Below are positions 30,993 through 40,982 of a stretch of DNA of 64,000 nt, piece after piece. Below the pieces are notes generated by a model that saw nothing but the letters and a program-made list of their open reading frames with translations, ran no database searches and was not told where the DNA came from. The position numbers were made by a program, and so were the translations under genes. This stretch comes from Nitrospirales bacterium (GTDB lineage: Bacteria > Nitrospirota > Nitrospiria > Nitrospirales > UBA8639): contig OY820905.2 in assembly GCA_963555755.3 (NCBI GenBank), forward strand, positions 2,400,001-2,464,000. The letters are read 5' to 3'. The number at the start of each line of letters is the position of its first letter. Position 1 is the first letter of the stretch.

Positions 30993-31481
30993 ATGTATCT
31001 TGAAAAACGACACATCCACGAATCCACGGTATTAGATTGTTATGGGAAGTTTAATGATCACGACCATGACGTCTTCATACAAACACTGGAAACCCTTAAT
31101 GCTGAAGGATGTCGTTATGTGGTCGTGAACCTTACGTCGGTGTACCAACTCAGCGAAAGCATCATTGGGCTGTTGAAATTCGCGCATGAATATTTCACGA
31201 TAAATGAAGGACAGTTGGTCTTAGTGAGTCCCTTGAGCTCAGTTCGGCGCGATCTGGATCAGGCTGAGATCACCGCAACCATCCCCACCTACATGGCAGT
31301 GTATGATGCCCTTCATCGCCGAAATGCCGTGGCCAACGACGCTGCATTAGCTTCCACGCCACGTGTGACCCCACGCCCATTCGGAATTCCTCCACATGTG
31401 GAAGAGACTTCCGAACATTCCGAACCGCATACTCACCTGATTGAAAATGAATTGGTCGGGGTCGGGGAACATGCCACGTAA
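30993..31481 (+). CDS. STAS-domain (anti-anti-sigma-like) protein
   Basis: STAS-like pattern VVVNLTSVYQLS..GLL..GQLVLV. Confidence 0.6.
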   Translation: MYLEKRHIHESTVLDCYGKFNDHDHDVFIQTLETLNAEGCRYVVVNLTSVYQLSESIIGLLKFAHEYFTINEGQLVLVSPLSSVRRDLDQAEITATIPTYMAVYDALHRRNAVANDAALASTPRVTPRPFGIPPHVEETSEHSEPHTHLIENELVGVGEHAT

Positions 31482-31528
31482 GACGGCCCCATTGATGACA
31501 TCAGACGATTTCCTGTCCTGATAGGAAA

Positions 31529-31741
31529 TCAGGCATCGCTGTAGCGCTGCCCATGCTCTCCAGACCATTTGACAATACCGATTTCTTCTGACTCCCACAC
31601 CGCAATTTCCTCCTCAGCAGCCAAGTCTGCTTCCTTTTGCTTGTCTTCCAAACTTGGCTGCGAGGAAAGCAGAAGGGTGGCGATCCATTCTGGGGGTTTT
31701 TCCCCTTTGGGAATATCTTTTCTGAGAAAATTTACAGGCAT
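31529..31741 (-). CDS. Small hypothetical protein
   Basis: GGAGG RBS; 70-aa ORF. Confidence 0.5.
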   Translation of the reverse strand: MPVNFLRKDIPKGEKPPEWIATLLLSSQPSLEDKQKEADLAAEEEIAVWESEEIGIVKWSGEHGQRYSDA

Positions 31742-32056
31742 ATGATCCCTCCCTTAGGGTGTTGTAACAACCTCAAAGGCTTCATAATAGGCCTATCCTC
31801 CTGGCGCCTCAACTGTCAAGCCTTTGGTCCATATTTAATAAGTATTATTTCCTAATTATAATACCATAGAAAGTACGGGAAATAGCACGTTCAATCTGAC
31901 GGTAAAGAAACTGTTTGAAGTTGTATATAATCTTTTCTAAGACCATCCGTGTCCTTCACATCCCCTGCTTTGTGGTTCTGAATAGCAGGAATGGTGGGAA
32001 TGGTAGAATTGACCACATACCCATAATGAATTATTAAATAAGATTGCCCCCTTTAT

Positions 32057-33044
32057 CCTGCATACCGGCTTAACTCCAGTTGCTACTAGATTTTGTGGGT
32101 CCTCTGAATTTTTTGGAGCGGAGCCGGGTCGACTGCGATAGCATTTTCCAGGAGTCGATGAAACAAGAGGCCCCGAGAGCGCGAGGTCCGACGATTGAAT
32201 CGAAAGATAAATTCATTCAGGTAGGCGTCGAGGTACTTATGATCAAGGCGTCCCTGGTATGTGCCCAGTAGCCAACGTTTCACCAGCGAAATGGCACGGT
32301 GGACTCGTGGCAACAGGTTGTCCGCGTCTGGGTCGTGATTTCCCCCAACATCGGACGTTCGCATTGGTTTGTGCCCATACCCTTCGTCTGCCAGACAGCA
32401 ATAACTTGTGAGTCCGTCGGTTATAATCGTACTGCCAGGCTCAACATGCTGCTGAACGAAATTCTTGACATCCGCGCTCGTCCGGCCCTTAAGCGTTTGC
32501 ATTCGCATTCGCCCACTTCCTTTGTCTTTGATTTCCACGGCAACGCCAACAAGTTGCTTGTTTCCTTCTCCACCCAAATAGGCTTCAGCCACTTCAACTG
32601 GCCCGGCAAGACGGTTGCGGGAGGGGCGAACCATCGCAACCCGTAATTTATGAAGCATGAGCCACGCAGGCTCGTGACCGCTCATCCCTAACACCCGTTG
32701 CAACGTTTGAGCACTCGCGCCATTTTTCTGGCTTGTAAACCACCAGATTGCCTGAAACCAAATGCGCAACGGGATACGAGAATCTTGAAAAATCGTTCCG
32801 GCCAAGGGTGACTGCTGATATTGACAGCTGGAGCACATCGACAACCCTCGCTTGGTTTTCCACCTCTTTTGATTCCCACATTTCACACAGGTATACCCGT
32901 CTGGCCATCGAAGCTTCTCAATATGGGTGCGACAGGCCTCCTCAGTAAAAAAACGGGTCATCAGCTCGGACATGTCCTTGGGGTAACTCACCATGTCGCA
33001 AAACACTACATAGTGGGACAACTGGAGTCAAGCCGGTATGCAGG
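32057..33044 (-). mobile_element. IS1595-family insertion sequence
   Basis: 26-bp TIR CCTGCATACCGGCTT(A/G)ACTCCAGTTG; 8-bp TSD CCCTTTAT. Confidence 0.92.
32086..32994 (-). CDS. IS1595 transposase; first catalytic Asp appears replaced by Ala
   Basis: Zn ribbon CxxC..CxxC, VEVAEAY (family VEVDE), ITDG, YLNEFIFRFNRR. Confidence 0.85.
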   Translation of the reverse strand: MVSYPKDMSELMTRFFTEEACRTHIEKLRWPDGYTCVKCGNQKRWKTKRGLSMCSSCQYQQSPLAGTIFQDSRIPLRIWFQAIWWFTSQKNGASAQTLQRVLGMSGHEPAWLMLHKLRVAMVRPSRNRLAGPVEVAEAYLGGEGNKQLVGVAVEIKDKGSGRMRMQTLKGRTSADVKNFVQQHVEPGSTIITDGLTSYCCLADEGYGHKPMRTSDVGGNHDPDADNLLPRVHRAISLVKRWLLGTYQGRLDHKYLDAYLNEFIFRFNRRTSRSRGLLFHRLLENAIAVDPAPLQKIQRTHKI

Positions 33045-33052
33045 CCCTTTAT

Positions 33053-33417
33053 GTGTAGCTTTCCCACATACGGCTTTCCGACATCTTTCATCGCCTGGCA
33101 TGCACAGGGGGCCGGTTCCACAGAGCAGACATGGAACCGAAAAAACCCATACCGCTCCTTGAGAAGCTGGTCAGGGTACGCCGTGTACCCCGCTCCTTTG
33201 ACCACTTTTTCACGGTGATTGCCAACACCCTTTTCCGCCTGGACTTGTTAACCCGGGCTCCACCACAAGATTTTATGCGCGAGGGTTTCGGCCCAACGCC
33301 TCCAAGCGCACCGTGTGAATCGGATTCCGGAAGACCGGTTAAAGGCAGACCTCTCTCCAAAGCCATATTGCCAACCCAACACCTATCCCCCCGACTGCTG
33401 GCTGGTGCAATTGACAC
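33053..33417 (-). pseudogene. Deleted group II intron relic
   Basis: GTGTC 5' end, maturase-like C terminus GYTAYPDQLLKERYGFFRF, partial domain V gaaagccgtatgtgggaaagctacac. Confidence 0.6.
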
Positions 33418-33574
33418 CCCACTGCCTTAAAACGGAACGTTTTTCTTTAAATGCGGGGTTTCGCCCCCGCATTTCAAAAAAATTGTTCCATTAAAATATG
33501 AACAGCTCATAGCGAGGAATTAACTCCACGCAAAAAAATGGGGGAAGCTTATTTCATCATATGTAAATACTACA

Positions 33575-33715
33575 GGGCACCTCTAAAAACCGTCCTTTTC
33601 CGTGATGGCGGCGTCAGCCGCGTGCTCAAATCCTCATGTATTCGCCCATACACTCCAGTTTTCCGCGCGTGGCTTCCTTGCCCTCACAAAAAATGCCGGG
33701 TTTTTAGAGGTACCC
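33575..33715. mobile_element. 141-bp MITE (family D), copy 2
   Basis: TIR GGGCACCTCTAAAAACC; 4-bp TSD TACA. Confidence 0.9.
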
Positions 33716-33888
33716 TACATTCCATCAGTCTCATTCTGGGTCAGTTCCCATATTCCTATATTTCCACATGGTTTGAATGTTTAGTACGTTTTATGCGTTG
33801 GGCGCGGCTGGGCTGTTACCCCGAAATCGGCCCATATGGCGACCATTGTTTGAGCCCTTCGACACATTTGGCTTTAAGTTTTCTTAAA

Positions 33889-34216
33889 CCTAGAAACGGC
33901 AGTTGGGCGCAAAAAAGACGTGTAAGATATTGGTGTGCATGGTGAAATAAAAAAAGTCGTGGTCACCTCGGTGGTGATGAGATATTTTTTTATTTTGCGA
34001 GGTGCCTGTCCAAGATTAGCGATCGTAACGAGGGGGTGCTGGTTTGAGTCAGATGTTTCGATCCTTTGAGGCGAATAGTGGGACTATTCAACGAAAAGAA
34101 TCGGAAGATCTGGCCAAATCCAGCACCCCCGCAGTAGATCAGTCTAATCTTGGACAGGCTCCTAGGTTGCGCCAAGAGCTTGCGCGGACTTTTGTGATCC
34201 AACTGCCGTTTCTAGG
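33889..34216. mobile_element. IS1380-like MITE (family E), copy 2
   Basis: Perfect TIR CCTAGAAACGGCAGTTGG; 5-bp TSD TTAAA. Confidence 0.88.
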
Positions 34217-34325
34217 TTAAAGCGAGTTAGCCCTTATTTTTCAGTACGGGCGGCGAGAGGGAGTTTTAGCGAATCCAGTGCGATAATTTGGCAAGGCAGA
34301 TTTGGGTTAAACCCAGAGAAGCGAA

Positions 34326-35819
34326 TTACCGCTGGCTATACCAACGGAAGCCGGCGGATTCTTGGTAGGCTGGGCGTTGGAATCCTCCGGGTTTTTCTAG
34401 GATTAAGGCTTTGAAATCCCACAAGCCAAACCAGGCTGGATCGAGCACGTTGTGGTAGTGGAGTCCTGTGAACTTTGGTAGGGCATCACCCAATGACTGT
34501 TGGAGTTCCGATTCTGTGTAAGCTCGAACCCCGAAGGTCTTTCCTTCGGCTTCTTGCAATCGCCGAATCGCATAGGTCGCTCCCGTACAGAGCACTTGAG
34601 TGTCGCGTTGGATGGATAGTAATTGCGGCAGGGTGCAGTATTGTTCGCGAAAGCCTAGCCATCGGGCGGTATGTCTCAAATGCGTGTACTGCACTTCATA
34701 CTCGGTATGGCCGGGAAGCCGCACCGGGTCAGGCCACCCGGAATCAATGCCAAATTCAACGAGCAAGGCTCGACCACCGGGTTTTAATACCCGCCATAAT
34801 TCCATGATAAATTGAATGGCCCCATAGTTGAAAATCGCTTCATCAGGATATGGGGTATCCACATTCAATCGGAGCTGTTGAATCAAATCCAAACTGCGTT
34901 GATGTTCCTCGGTCGCACCTTTCCCGGACTCCAATTCTTCTTTGGTGAGATGGGTCGGAGTCATGTCGGCCAAATTTTCATTGTCGATGACGAGGTCAAC
35001 GCTTGCATCAGCCAATGGCAAATATTCGGCATTGGCGTTGAGTGCACGGGCGTTCCAGCCGGCTTTTGTGGCTAGATCAAGTTGAGAATGGAGAAATGGA
35101 CGGGTCAAATCTAGGAAAATGTATTCAACGCCTCGTCGTTCCGAAGACGAGAGTTCCTTGGCCATTTCCTGTGACACGTAGCCCAACCCAGCGCCGACCT
35201 CGACAATCCGGCCAGGTTTGGGATTCCACCACCCGAGTTGCCGCAATGTCTTCGCGAGCAGCTGCCCATAGGATAAGCCGTTCAAGGCTTCGCAGGGCTC
35301 GCGGAATAAATGCGAGACCGTGGTTTCGACGATTTCAAAATGTCCGTGGTGACTTTGGATGCCTTTGTGATGAAATTCCGTGAGGTGTTCATCGCTTTCC
35401 ACGGCCACATTCTCATGCCATTGCTCACGCACCTTTTGGAGCAACAAATCCCATTTGGCATTCACGCTGTGCCCGCTCGGCGCTTCATCGCCGAAATAAC
35501 ACAGGGAATAGCGGGGCGATGCCCATCGCTCTAAAAACCATCGGCCTGTTTCTTGATTGGGACCGCACACCCATTTCCCGAATTGATCCAAGAGCGTTTG
35601 GATGGATAACCGGCCATCCATAGCTCCTAGCAGAGAGGCACCCATGCGGTTTAACTTGACGAGGGGCAGGTCTTCATCCAGAGGAGCGACCCACCATTCT
35701 TCAGGGCCGGATTGATAGACGATCAAGTCGGGCATGCGCCAGGCCCGTTGCTGAAGGACATCACCTTCAAGGGCTTGAGGCTGGACACCAGAGTGAGAGG
35801 CGGTAGAAAGATCCGGCAT
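34326..35819 (-). CDS. Class I SAM methyltransferase with an N-terminal PqqD/RRE-like segment
   Basis: IVEVGAGLG, RVLKPGG; N-terminal LVKLNRMGASLLGAMDGRLSIQTLL. Confidence 0.7.
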   Translation of the reverse strand: MPDLSTASHSGVQPQALEGDVLQQRAWRMPDLIVYQSGPEEWWVAPLDEDLPLVKLNRMGASLLGAMDGRLSIQTLLDQFGKWVCGPNQETGRWFLERWASPRYSLCYFGDEAPSGHSVNAKWDLLLQKVREQWHENVAVESDEHLTEFHHKGIQSHHGHFEIVETTVSHLFREPCEALNGLSYGQLLAKTLRQLGWWNPKPGRIVEVGAGLGYVSQEMAKELSSSERRGVEYIFLDLTRPFLHSQLDLATKAGWNARALNANAEYLPLADASVDLVIDNENLADMTPTHLTKEELESGKGATEEHQRSLDLIQQLRLNVDTPYPDEAIFNYGAIQFIMELWRVLKPGGRALLVEFGIDSGWPDPVRLPGHTEYEVQYTHLRHTARWLGFREQYCTLPQLLSIQRDTQVLCTGATYAIRRLQEAEGKTFGVRAYTESELQQSLGDALPKFTGLHYHNVLDPAWFGLWDFKALILEKPGGFQRPAYQESAGFRWYSQR

Positions 35820-36542
35820 TCAATTGAAGGCAGCGGAAGGATTGGCATCAAAGACAGCACGGTACATGCCATCCCAAAATTCGAGCCACGCGTCAGCGAC
35901 TTCACGAGCGCCACCGGCTACTTCAAACAAATCTTCATCAGACTTTGCGGTTTTGCGAACCGCGTCGATGAGCCACTGACCATGCACTTCTTCTTCAGCC
36001 ACATGTAGTTCAAAAAATGCGAGGTCCCGTCGATTAAATTGGCCATATTGTTGAAGGCCCGTGAAAAAATATTGGAACTCGGATACGGCGGTGGTCTCGA
36101 CCGCCAACTCCGCACCTAATGCCGTGAGATGGCTTGACCGCAAGAAAAGCCGGCGAAGAGTATCCAAATACATCGTGACTTCAGGAATGGGCTCAGTATC
36201 CTCCAGGTCTTTTGGAGTTAAGCCAATCGAATAGGCAAATCGTTCTAACTGTCGAATGTGGACATGTTCTGGAGACCCGCTGCCTAATTCCGAGTACAGC
36301 GTTTTGGCTAATTCGGTTCGCATGGCCACTTCCTGTATCGGAGTGTGATACAGCAAGCCCTCAAGAACCTTCACGAATTGGAAACAGAAGTAGTGGTATT
36401 GTCGAATAAAGACACGAAGCTGGCGAGGATTCAGTTGCCGTACTTTAAAAGCACAAAAAAACTCGTTGGAATTCACTGGATGGGTTTGTAATTCGTCAAT
36501 CAGTGATTCAACATCGACTGGTAAATCTTGAACCGGACCCAT
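35820..36542 (-). CDS. Heme-oxygenase-like diiron enzyme (PqqC/TenA/CADD family)
   Basis: SELG..HI..AVE..FFELHVAEEEVH metal-ligand pattern. Confidence 0.8.
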   Translation of the reverse strand: MGPVQDLPVDVESLIDELQTHPVNSNEFFCAFKVRQLNPRQLRVFIRQYHYFCFQFVKVLEGLLYHTPIQEVAMRTELAKTLYSELGSGSPEHVHIRQLERFAYSIGLTPKDLEDTEPIPEVTMYLDTLRRLFLRSSHLTALGAELAVETTAVSEFQYFFTGLQQYGQFNRRDLAFFELHVAEEEVHGQWLIDAVRKTAKSDEDLFEVAGGAREVADAWLEFWDGMYRAVFDANPSAAFN

Positions 36543-36669
36543 AACGCAACCCCCTACATCACAGAATAAAATATCTAATTCTGAATGAATGAATCTGAAC
36601 CAAGATTACACGAAGGTTTTTGCCGGTCGCAAGGGAGGAAGGCTACGTAAGTGGACGTATGGTGAGGCG

Positions 36670-36696
36670 GGGTTAGGGTTAGGGTTAGGGTTAGGG
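36670..36696 (+). repeat. GGG(TTAGGG)4 microsatellite
   Basis: Read directly from the sequence. Confidence 0.95.
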
Positions 36697-37356
36697 CTTT
36701 TGGGCCAAAATGCTGGCATACACTGCTTGTCCATCATCCCGCATTTGATACTGCAAAACGGTTAGGTCTTTGAAATGATGGAGAAGCTCATTGGGTTCCA
36801 AGAGGAATTGGCGGGAAAAGCGAGAACGATATTTCAGATGACCCAAAGTATAGGTTTCTACAATCACTATCCCGCCAGGTTTCAAGGCCTTGATCATTTG
36901 TGGAAACAGGTTTCGCTGCAGGTAATAGGTGCAAATAATGACATCGTACGTTTCAGGCGATAATTGATACTGTTCGAGATCAACGACCTTTGTTTCGATG
37001 GAGACCCCTTGTTCCTTGGCAAGGATGTCGGCTTTCTTCAACCCGGTCTCTGAAATATCGATTCCGGTGACCTGAAATCCTTTCGTGGCGAGAAATACTC
37101 CATTCCGGCCCTCACCCATGGCAATATCCAAGGTTTTGCCCTTGGGCAAAAGATGAAGATGTTCCTGGAGAAACGGGATCGGCGTTTTTCCAAAAATATA
37201 CCGCTCGGTATCATACTTGCGATTCCAGCGTGTTTTGTCATTGGTCGCAGCGTCTCCTACAGAGACGGTAAGAAATGCGAATGCTGTCGTGAGAAAAAGG
37301 ACCGCGACCGTTCGAGAAACCAAGATCTGCCGATTATACAATCTGGCAAGAGCCAT
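36691..37356 (-). CDS. TehB-like SAM methyltransferase with signal-peptide-like N terminus
   Basis: LDIAMGEGRN, GIDIS, YYLQR, LKPGG. Confidence 0.8.
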   Translation of the reverse strand: MALARLYNRQILVSRTVAVLFLTTAFAFLTVSVGDAATNDKTRWNRKYDTERYIFGKTPIPFLQEHLHLLPKGKTLDIAMGEGRNGVFLATKGFQVTGIDISETGLKKADILAKEQGVSIETKVVDLEQYQLSPETYDVIICTYYLQRNLFPQMIKALKPGGIVIVETYTLGHLKYRSRFSRQFLLEPNELLHHFKDLTVLQYQMRDDGQAVYASILAQKP

Positions 37357-37370
37357 AAATTATACCTCTT

Positions 37371-37658
37371 GGGACTGTTGAATATCTCACTTCAATGACC
37401 AATAAAGGCCCATGATAGGACGGACACCGTCAGTTGGAGGGAATGTTCAAAAAAGCATGCCCTGAGTCTTGCCGAAGGGTCTATCCAGCAAGGCCGCAGC
37501 CCTTTTGACGCGCGGAGCGTACTCTCAGTACGTGAGCACGGCAAAAGGGCGAGAACGCCGCTGGCGGCCTTTTTCAACATTCCCTGAAAAGGATCGGAAG
37601 ATCTGACCAAATCCAGCCCACCCGCAGTAGATCAGTCTAATCTTGGACAGGCTCCTAG
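37371..37658. repeat. MITE family A long copy (37371-37584) fused to a fragment of the family E inner element
   Basis: Contains gcatgccctgagtc; followed by gatctgaccaaatccagc..ttggacaggctcctag; no TSD. Confidence 0.8.
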
Positions 37659-37800
37659 TCAATCATAGCCGCCTCTTGCCCCTTTCTTCAACCTTGTAGG
37701 CAGTTTTCCGATTCGCTATTCTTTCCATAGGACTTCAATCCATTTGGGCTTTGGGGCCAACCCGACTGGGCGTTACGGCTTCGAACAGAAAGAAAAACTG

Positions 37801-38682
37801 ATGCGAGTGCTATTGGCCGTTGATGGGTCATCACATTCTCAACACGCCACAGAGGCAGTCGGCCAACTCTCGTCGGTCAAGGGCCTCACTGTGGTGCATG
37901 TGGTAAACCTGCCGAGACTTGCGTATCCGGCACTCGGGCCTGACATTGCCCAAGACCTTGCGATGACCATTGAACAGGCCATGCGGGAAGAAGGGGAGCA
38001 CATCCTGAAGCGTGCCATGTCTCATCTGTCATACCACAACGCTCCGGTCTCTAAACGATTGGAAATGGGCTCCCCAGCAGATTGTATCCTCGCCATTGCC
38101 GAGGAAGAACGCACCGATCTCGTTTTGATTGGGGCTCGGGGTTTAGGTCAGGTTCAAGGACTCAACTTCGGCAGTGTCTCACATCGGGTGTTGACGCATG
38201 CGCCCTGTTCGGTGTGCGTCGTGAAGTCTCCCCTTACGAAATTGCACGAAATTCTTCTTCCACTCCAGGGGGAGAGCGATGAACGGACTGCGACACAGTT
38301 CTTTGCCAAACATCCCTTCAGTGGCACTACGGAAATTACGGTTTTTAATGTGGTCCCCATTCCACGCTCCATCTTTCGCGCCGGTGTCTCGGCTTCAGAA
38401 ACCAAGATTCAACAGGCCCTGGAAAGTGCGGAAGCCTTTACTGATCATGTTGTGGTGGGATTGAAAGAGCTCCACTATTCAACCATCGGAAGGGTGGGAA
38501 TGGGTTCCCCGGGGGAAACCATTTTAGAACAGGAAGCCACCTCCAACCCAGACTTAATTGTCATGGGAACGCATAACCCCTCCACTCTCTCCCGGTTTGT
38601 CATGGGAAGCGTTTCCCATACCGTGCTGCATCGCTCCACCCATTCCGTGTTGCTCATTCGCCCAACCGGCAAGGAAAAATAA
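37801..38682 (+). CDS. Tandem universal stress protein
   Basis: LLAVDGS, GARG..GSVSHRV, GTH..GSVSHTV. Confidence 0.9.
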   Translation: MRVLLAVDGSSHSQHATEAVGQLSSVKGLTVVHVVNLPRLAYPALGPDIAQDLAMTIEQAMREEGEHILKRAMSHLSYHNAPVSKRLEMGSPADCILAIAEEERTDLVLIGARGLGQVQGLNFGSVSHRVLTHAPCSVCVVKSPLTKLHEILLPLQGESDERTATQFFAKHPFSGTTEITVFNVVPIPRSIFRAGVSASETKIQQALESAEAFTDHVVVGLKELHYSTIGRVGMGSPGETILEQEATSNPDLIVMGTHNPSTLSRFVMGSVSHTVLHRSTHSVLLIRPTGKEK

Positions 38683-38692
38683 CCTAGGCTAA

Positions 38693-39379
38693 TTGAGGCT
38701 TGAACCAATGTCAGCATTCGGCCTCTCAACTTTGCATTCTCCAAATTCCTTCTCACGTTGCATTGTTATCATGTGGGGATTATTGGGATCCCTGTCAGGT
38801 TGCTTGGGGGTTCCTCAAGTCGAGACACCAATCCATCAAAGCCCTCAAGGTCAGGTTATCCTCAAAACATTCACTGACACCTCGGTAAAAGCATCTCATC
38901 CAACCGTCATCGACTTGGAGCTCTTACAAGAAACATTTCGTGGGCTTCGTGTCCTGGAACACAAGGAATTACTGGCTGCTCTTGTAAGCGGTGAGGGCCA
39001 GGAACTAGCAGTCTTTACCGAACAGGAACTCCAGTTTTTAGCTCCTTTCATCATGGATGCCCTTACGCAGGCCACTCCTGAGGAATTTGTATGGTTTCAA
39101 CTCACGAATCAGAAACAACCGAGACCCTCATCCACGAGTGGCGCCATGTACTTTTCCAATAACCTTCTACGACTTGGCTTGAATGAGTTTCACGCGGATC
39201 GTCGTCACGCCAAGTTATCCTCAACACCAAGTTTTTCTCCAACACGATTACGGAATTGGTCACTGGGATTTTTTCCGGCCGATGCCAACCGCCAAGACCG
39301 TAGTGCCCCCGATACATTTCCACTACAAGCCCAAATTGGCTCAGTGGCCATTGCGCTGCATGCTCTCCACATACAATGA
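38693..39379 (+). CDS. Putative lipoprotein
   Basis: LSGC lipobox; start uncertain. Confidence 0.6.
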   Translation: MRLEPMSAFGLSTLHSPNSFSRCIVIMWGLLGSLSGCLGVPQVETPIHQSPQGQVILKTFTDTSVKASHPTVIDLELLQETFRGLRVLEHKELLAALVSGEGQELAVFTEQELQFLAPFIMDALTQATPEEFVWFQLTNQKQPRPSSTSGAMYFSNNLLRLGLNEFHADRRHAKLSSTPSFSPTRLRNWSLGFFPADANRQDRSAPDTFPLQAQIGSVAIALHALHIQ

Positions 39380-40264
39380 TTATCGAGAGAGTATCCCTTT
39401 TAGCGAACGACTCTTTTGTGCACACCACTGGACAATACTGACCAGACCAAGCAACACGCAGCCCAGCAGGACATCAGTCGGTCCGGTTGGCCAATCAAAT
39501 TGATACGACACAAGAAACCCGCTAAAAGCCATCACCATCCCAATTCCTGCTGCAAGAACGGGAGCAATCCAAATCCCGATTTTCACTCGCATGGCAATCA
39601 TGGGTGGAAGCAACAAGAATCCAAACGTCACCAACGGACCAACGATGAGCACACCCAATGAAATCGTCATCCCGACAATTCCATAGAGCACGAGATCCCA
39701 GACCCACACTTGCTTTCCAAGAGAAATCGCCAAATCCCGATCAACCGAGACAAGGAGAAGCTCTTTTCTAAACAACCACAATAGAACAACGGTCGCACTC
39801 AAACATACTACCAGCAGAAAGAGATCAGCATCAGAAATGGCTATAATTTGTCCTTTGAATACACTGAGTACTCCAACTTCCGGTATCCGATCCGATGCGA
39901 GAAGCAGGGTCGTCAGAGCACCAGCCAACACATAAAAAACACCAATTCTCCCCTCGACAACCCCTCGGCCATGTCGTTCCAGAGCTGCTAAAAAAATCAT
40001 TGTCCCAGTTGTGAGAATTGTGGATCCTATAAGAGCAAGCCCAAAATCACTATGATTCGTGTCGGGATGAAATGTCGCATGCCAAAAGATAGCCATCGCG
40101 ATACCGGTCGCGGAGAGAGTTGGCAACGTCACTCCAAGAAAGACCATTCGTCGAACGTACATGAGGCCACCGACGATTGGCAGAATCATTCCACAAAGGA
40201 TTCCTCCGTACAATGCATTTCGCAACACGTAGGAAGGGTCAAGAATTTGAAGAAGTTCACTCAA
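39380..40264 (-). CDS. Metal (Zn/Mn) ABC transporter permease
   Basis: Polytopic membrane protein, DWPTGP; operon context; start inferred. Confidence 0.85.
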   Translation of the reverse strand: MSELLQILDPSYVLRNALYGGILCGMILPIVGGLMYVRRMVFLGVTLPTLSATGIAMAIFWHATFHPDTNHSDFGLALIGSTILTTGTMIFLAALERHGRGVVEGRIGVFYVLAGALTTLLLASDRIPEVGVLSVFKGQIIAISDADLFLLVVCLSATVVLLWLFRKELLLVSVDRDLAISLGKQVWVWDLVLYGIVGMTISLGVLIVGPLVTFGFLLLPPMIAMRVKIGIWIAPVLAAGIGMVMAFSGFLVSYQFDWPTGPTDVLLGCVLLGLVSIVQWCAQKSRSLKGILSR

Positions 40265-40976
40265 GGAAAGCCTCTTGGTGACTCTGACCAGTACTTCCCT
40301 TAGCGCGAACAGGGTCAAACTCCTGTTTTCTCACCATGTCATTTTCGATGACCAGTGTCTCACGTAGGACTCCGCCCAACGTCGGAAGGGCATGGTCGGC
40401 CCATAGCAGAGTAAGATTGGCGTCTGCCTGAAGTTTTGTAAATAATGCGAGCATGGTTTGAATGGATTGTTGGTCAAGACTGGCGAGTGGCTCATCTAAG
40501 AGCAACATGTCCGGATCAGATGCCAGCGCGCGAGCAATCAGCACTCGCTGTTGTTGCCCGCCAGACAAAAATGAGAAGGGTTCATCGCGAAGATCAAACA
40601 CATCGACTTCCCTCATACTCCACTCCACACGATTCCGTTCCTTTTGACCTAGGCCTTGCCAGGGGCGGAGTGTGCCATACGTGCCCATCTCCACCACCTC
40701 GCATGCCTTCAATTGAAACAATCCATTTAACATTGCACGCTGTGGAATATATCCAACTTTCACCGGTGTGCCATCGGGTTGGACACTGAGACGCATGGTT
40801 CCTTCTAAGAGAGGAAGAATCCCAGCCAAGGTTTTCAAAAAAGTCGTCTTCCCCGAACCATTTGATCCTAACAGGGCAATGGATGCACCGGGTTGAATCT
40901 CCAGGGAGATATTGCGAAGCACCGCCTTATCCGCGTAACCCACGCTAGCGTGTTGTAAGGTGAGAAGTGCGGACAT
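40257..40976 (-). CDS. Metal ABC transporter ATPase
   Basis: [26 protein letters not shown]. Confidence 0.9.
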   Translation of the reverse strand: MSALLTLQHASVGYADKAVLRNISLEIQPGASIALLGSNGSGKTTFLKTLAGILPLLEGTMRLSVQPDGTPVKVGYIPQRAMLNGLFQLKACEVVEMGTYGTLRPWQGLGQKERNRVEWSMREVDVFDLRDEPFSFLSGGQQQRVLIARALASDPDMLLLDEPLASLDQQSIQTMLALFTKLQADANLTLLWADHALPTLGGVLRETLVIENDMVRKQEFDPVRAKGSTGQSHQEAFLE

Positions 40977-40982
40977 GATTGA

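Noticed and set aside
37392..37610. [18 protein letters not shown] ORFs (also 60339-60656) as a protein family
   Set aside because: They are translations of MITE family A; only the pstA case is tied to a real start codon.
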